64,000 nucleotides of DNA. Source: an uncultured Acidimicrobiales bacterium. GTDB lineage: Bacteria; Actinomycetota; Acidimicrobiia; Acidimicrobiales; UBA10347. The position numbers were made by a program, and so were the translations under genes. Below are positions 60,757 to 64,000 of this stretch, in pieces. The notes under the pieces are model-generated. The model did no database searches. It saw nothing but the letters and a program-made list of their open reading frames with translations, and was not told the DNA's origin. Every line of letters starts with the position of its first letter. Position 1 is the stretch's first letter. The stretch covers positions 124,001-188,000 of the forward strand of contig CALSSD010000008.1 of the NCBI GenBank assembly GCA_943788915.1, in the 5' to 3' direction.

Positions 60757-61650
60757 TTAGCGGCAGGCGTCGATCCGGTCGACCTCGATGCGAAACGGCC
60801 CGTCGACACCATCGCTGATCATGATGCCGAGCTGCGTTGCCAGGTCGGGACGAAACGGATCCGACGCAACCGCCCGGCCGAAGATCCTGGGATCGAGGCG
60901 GTCGAAGTCGATCCGTGCCGTCTGCCAACCATCGTCATCGGATTCACCAAACAGCAACGTTTGTTGCTGTGAGACCCGACGGTCCCGCGTTTGCAGGCCG
61001 TCTTCGAGTGTGATCTTGTACGTGCGCTCGTCAGTACGAGCTCGCACGATCAGATGGGTGAATCCGGCAAGTGTTGTGGGTGCGATCTCGGCTCGGACCG
61101 ATGAGAAGCCGCCACCGTCGGTGTTGATTTCGCCCTCGAACAGCATCACCGAGTTCTCAAACACCGGGCCGCCGCTCGACCGTCCGCCCATGACATTGTC
61201 GTTCACGATGAACCAGCCGAAGTTCTCGGCATCGAGCGCGAAGTCGGTCAACCTGATGCAGTCCAACTCCGGTTGTGCGTTCGAGCGCAGGGGTCGGCGG
61301 AGTTGCCGGGCTGGCAGACGTTGGGTCCATGGGATCAGTGTCCTCGGTCGTATCGGTATTCGTGGTTCTGTGGTGCTGGTGCTGGTGCTGGTCACGACGG
61401 TGGCCGTCGTACCGGCTTCTGACCCAACGTCGTCTGGCGAGGCACTCGGTGCCGTGGACGTAGGGTCCGGCGCGACCGGTTCAGGTGCGTTTACGCCTGG
61501 TTGAACGGTTGTGGCCGTTGGGTCTGGCGCAGATGGCTCATCTGTGGTCTGAGTAGCCGAGGCGAGGGAGTCCGATGTCGAGGCAGCGCCGCCACAAGCC
61601 ACCAACAATGTCAACGCGCACAGTACACAGGCTCGCCGAACATAGGACAT
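60757..61650 (-). CDS. CIA30-family lipoprotein
   Basis: Lipobox LLVAC; WFIVNDNVMGGRS and GGGFSSVR; the linker may hold compensating frameshifts. Confidence 0.85.
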   Translation of the reverse strand: MSYVRRACVLCALTLLVACGGAASTSDSLASATQTTDEPSAPDPTATTVQPGVNAPEPVAPDPTSTAPSASPDDVGSEAGTTATVVTSTSTSTTEPRIPIRPRTLIPWTQRLPARQLRRPLRSNAQPELDCIRLTDFALDAENFGWFIVNDNVMGGRSSGGPVFENSVMLFEGEINTDGGGFSSVRAEIAPTTLAGFTHLIVRARTDERTYKITLEDGLQTRDRRVSQQQTLLFGESDDDGWQTARIDFDRLDPRIFGRAVASDPFRPDLATQLGIMISDGVDGPFRIEVDRIDACR

Positions 61651-61831
61651 CAGCAAAATGTAGGCGGACACCGCGGCGCAAGCTGGGTCGGGCCGAATAT
61701 CCATCCGCAACCTGACCCTTGCTAAATTGTGCCCTGGTGGCAGCGAAGCCACAGCTAAAGCAGTTCTTACGAGCCCATTAACAACCTCGTTTGTGGGAGT
61801 ACCGCCACCCACATAGGTGGTTTCGGACGAC

Positions 61832-62905
61832 ATGAAGACACACAACTCCCCGTTCATCCCCCGACGTAGCTCTCGACTCCTGCGACTGTTCGCACTTGCC
61901 GTGACCGTCCTGTTGACGGCAGCTGCCTGCAGCAGTGATGGCGACGAGTCAGTTGCGGCGGCTGCCTCGGGTGCCGAACCTGCGCAAACCACCGCTGCCC
62001 CAATCGCAGACGATGACATCGCACGCGATAGACGCAAGACGACGATGGCCGGTGACGCTATGGCAGATGATGAGGCGATGGCCGACGACGCCATGGCTGA
62101 CGGTGACCATGTCGACCTGGCACTCGACTTCACTGGCCTTGAGACGCTCGGCGCTGCTGCGGTCTACGAAGGTTGGGTCATCGTCGACGGCCTTCCGGTC
62201 ACGACCGGCCGTTTCAACATCGATGCCGACGGCAACGCTGTCGCTGAAGACGGTGACGGCCACGTCTTTCAGGTCGCAGCCGAGGTGGACCCGACCGCGG
62301 TGGTCATCACCATCGAGCCAGCCATCGACCCTGACCCCGCACCTGCCGACACCCACGTGCTCGCGGGCGACATCGTCGACGGCATTGCTGAGCTGACCAT
62401 CTCCCATCCAGCCGCACTCGGCACAGACTTCACCGGTGCCAGTGGCCGCTACATCCTTGGAACCCCAACCGACGGCGACGGCAACAACGAACTCAGTGGC
62501 GTCTGGTTCATCGACCTGCCTCTGGCCCCCGGCCTCGACCTACCTCAGCTCCCTGCAGGTTGGGTGTACGAGGGTTGGGCAGTCATCGACGGTGTTCCCG
62601 TCACGACCGGACGTTTCACCGACGCTGCAGCAGCCGATGACTTCGACGGATTCTCTGGCGACCAGGGCGGGCCCGCGTTCCCCGGCGAAGATTTCATCCA
62701 TAACGCCCCTGACGGCGTCGATTTCCCCACCGATCTGACCAACGCAACCATCGTGATCAGCGTGGAACCAGAAGTCGACGACAGCCCAGCGCCGTTTGCG
62801 CTGAAGCCGCTCGTGTCCGAAGTCGCCGACGGCATCGGCGACCACCAAGTCCAGACCCTGGGAACCGGCCCCGCGGCACCAACCGGCACCGCAACCCTCG
62901 GCTAA
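61832..62905 (+). CDS. Lipoprotein with a duplicated RskA-like YEGW domain and Met/Asp repeats
   Basis: Lipobox TAAAC; YEGW...DG.PVTTGRF occurs twice; DAMAD repeats. Confidence 0.75.
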   Translation: MKTHNSPFIPRRSSRLLRLFALAVTVLLTAAACSSDGDESVAAAASGAEPAQTTAAPIADDDIARDRRKTTMAGDAMADDEAMADDAMADGDHVDLALDFTGLETLGAAAVYEGWVIVDGLPVTTGRFNIDADGNAVAEDGDGHVFQVAAEVDPTAVVITIEPAIDPDPAPADTHVLAGDIVDGIAELTISHPAALGTDFTGASGRYILGTPTDGDGNNELSGVWFIDLPLAPGLDLPQLPAGWVYEGWAVIDGVPVTTGRFTDAAAADDFDGFSGDQGGPAFPGEDFIHNAPDGVDFPTDLTNATIVISVEPEVDDSPAPFALKPLVSEVADGIGDHQVQTLGTGPAAPTGTATLG

Positions 62906-62919
62906 CGCAGGTTTCTGGT

Positions 62920-62954
62920 GTCGGGTTGTGGTTGTTATGCAGCCACAACCCGAC
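62920..62954. terminator. Bidirectional hairpin
   Basis: gtcgggttgtggttg/cagccacaacccgac. Confidence 0.65.
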
Positions 62955-64000
62955 TCAAGATTGCAGGAAGTGAAGGTCGGTGAAACGCGAACGCAGCGCA
63001 GTGACTGCGGGTGCAGTGGCCTCGGGGTCGTGTAGGCCCCGAGCGATGAGGCCGGCGAGTTCGGGCATGTCCGATGTCGTCATTCCCCACCGCACGATCT
63101 CGTTTGTGCCGATACGAAGGCCAGCATCAAGGTCAGCAGGTAGGCCAATGGCGCAGGTCAATAGGTTTGCTTCACGCAAGCGAAGTGCAGCTGCGTGACC
63201 ACCACCCCATTCGGTCGCATCGACAGCGAACGCGTGAGACTCCGTGCCGCCTCCGAAGACCGCTACACCTTCAGCGATGAGGGCCTCTGCCAGAGCCGAA
63301 GCGCTCGCCGTCATCTCGGCCGCATACGCCGGCCCATGGGCACGCCAATCGAGCAGGGTGATCGCCAGCGATGCCGACTTGGCGGCATCAAAGTTTGCGG
63401 TGAGTCCAGGGTACGCAATTGCATCGAGGCGCTCGGCCACATCGGCATCGTTCGTGAGCACAAGGCCCGACGGAGGTCCGCCCAGGCTCTTGTAGGTGCT
63501 CATCGTCATCACATGTGCGCCCTGAGCCAAGGGGTCGGGCCATGCACCACCGGCGATTGGGCCACCAAGATGGGCGGCGTCGAACAGCAGCTTCGCGCCA
63601 ACCTCGTCGGCAATCGCTCGGATCTCCGCTACCGGATGGTGATGCAGGTTCAGGCTGGCTCCGACGCTGATCACCTTCGGCCGCACCGAACGCGCCATGG
63701 CCGCCAACTGTTCGACGTCAATGGTGTACCGATCTGCATCGATCGGCGCCTCGTGGATATCGAGTCCATACAGACCGGCTGCGCCTGCACGATTATGCGT
63801 GATATGACCACCGATCGTTGGCGGAGGGACGATCACGGCATCGCCAGGTTGCGCAAACGTCATGAATGCGTAGAGATTGGCCATGGCCCCGGACGGCACC
63901 CGGATCTCGGCATAAGTCGATCGGAACACCTCGGCCGCGAGCTCGGCTGCGATGATCTCGATCTGCTCAATCGCTTCGAGGCCCATCTCGTACTTCTCAC
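62955..64000 (-). CDS. glyA: Serine hydroxymethyltransferase; 5' end outside the window
   Basis: SGAMAN, GGHITH, FDAAH, STYKSLGGP, GLRIGT. Confidence 0.9.
   Translation of the reverse strand, partial: EKYEMGLEAIEQIEIIAAELAAEVFRSTYAEIRVPSGAMANLYAFMTFAQPGDAVIVPPPTIGGHITHNRAGAAGLYGLDIHEAPIDADRYTIDVEQLAAMARSVRPKVISVGASLNLHHHPVAEIRAIADEVGAKLLFDAAHLGGPIAGGAWPDPLAQGAHVMTMSTYKSLGGPPSGLVLTNDADVAERLDAIAYPGLTANFDAAKSASLAITLLDWRAHGPAYAAEMTASASALAEALIAEGVAVFGGGTESHAFAVDATEWGGGHAAALRLREANLLTCAIGLPADLDAGLRIGTNEIVRWGMTTSDMPELAGLIARGLHDPEATAPAVTALRSRFTDLHFLQS

Overview
GC-rich actinobacterial chromosome segment. Gene content (Ssd/Tad locus, GlnR-like regulator, GSII, mycothiol-dependent MDMPI family, short sigma-70) suggests class Acidimicrobiia; this is inferred, not searched. 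From left to right: Fe-S carriers (Mrp/ApbC, ErpA/IscA) beside a shortened Fe-S/molybdoenzyme-like protein; an ABC-2 transporter; sulfate activation genes (cysD, cysNC, cysC); a Tad/Flp pilus locus; tRNA-Sec; a sigma-70 factor; nadE; a decaying surface-glycan region with an IS3 element; a dispersed nitrogen-scavenging region (Se-dependent-type xanthine dehydrogenase, SsnA-like, shortened YgfK-like, two carbamoylases, glnII and glnR); and glyA. Strongest unexplained signals: (1) repeat insertions at gene junctions that form in-frame, stop/start-coupled mini-ORFs (cysD-cysN, tadA-tadB); (2) a leader-like small protein ending in an Hcp-like C-terminus, paired with a YkgJ Cys-cluster protein; (3) a ~305-nt extensively base-paired element between convergent genes; (4) a YgfK lacking its NADPH/FAD module; (5) DnaA-box clusters with no oriC genes nearby. 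At least seven otherwise intact genes are frameshifted, most likely from assembly error. All family calls come from motif recognition by eye; no database search was run, and several start codons are estimates.
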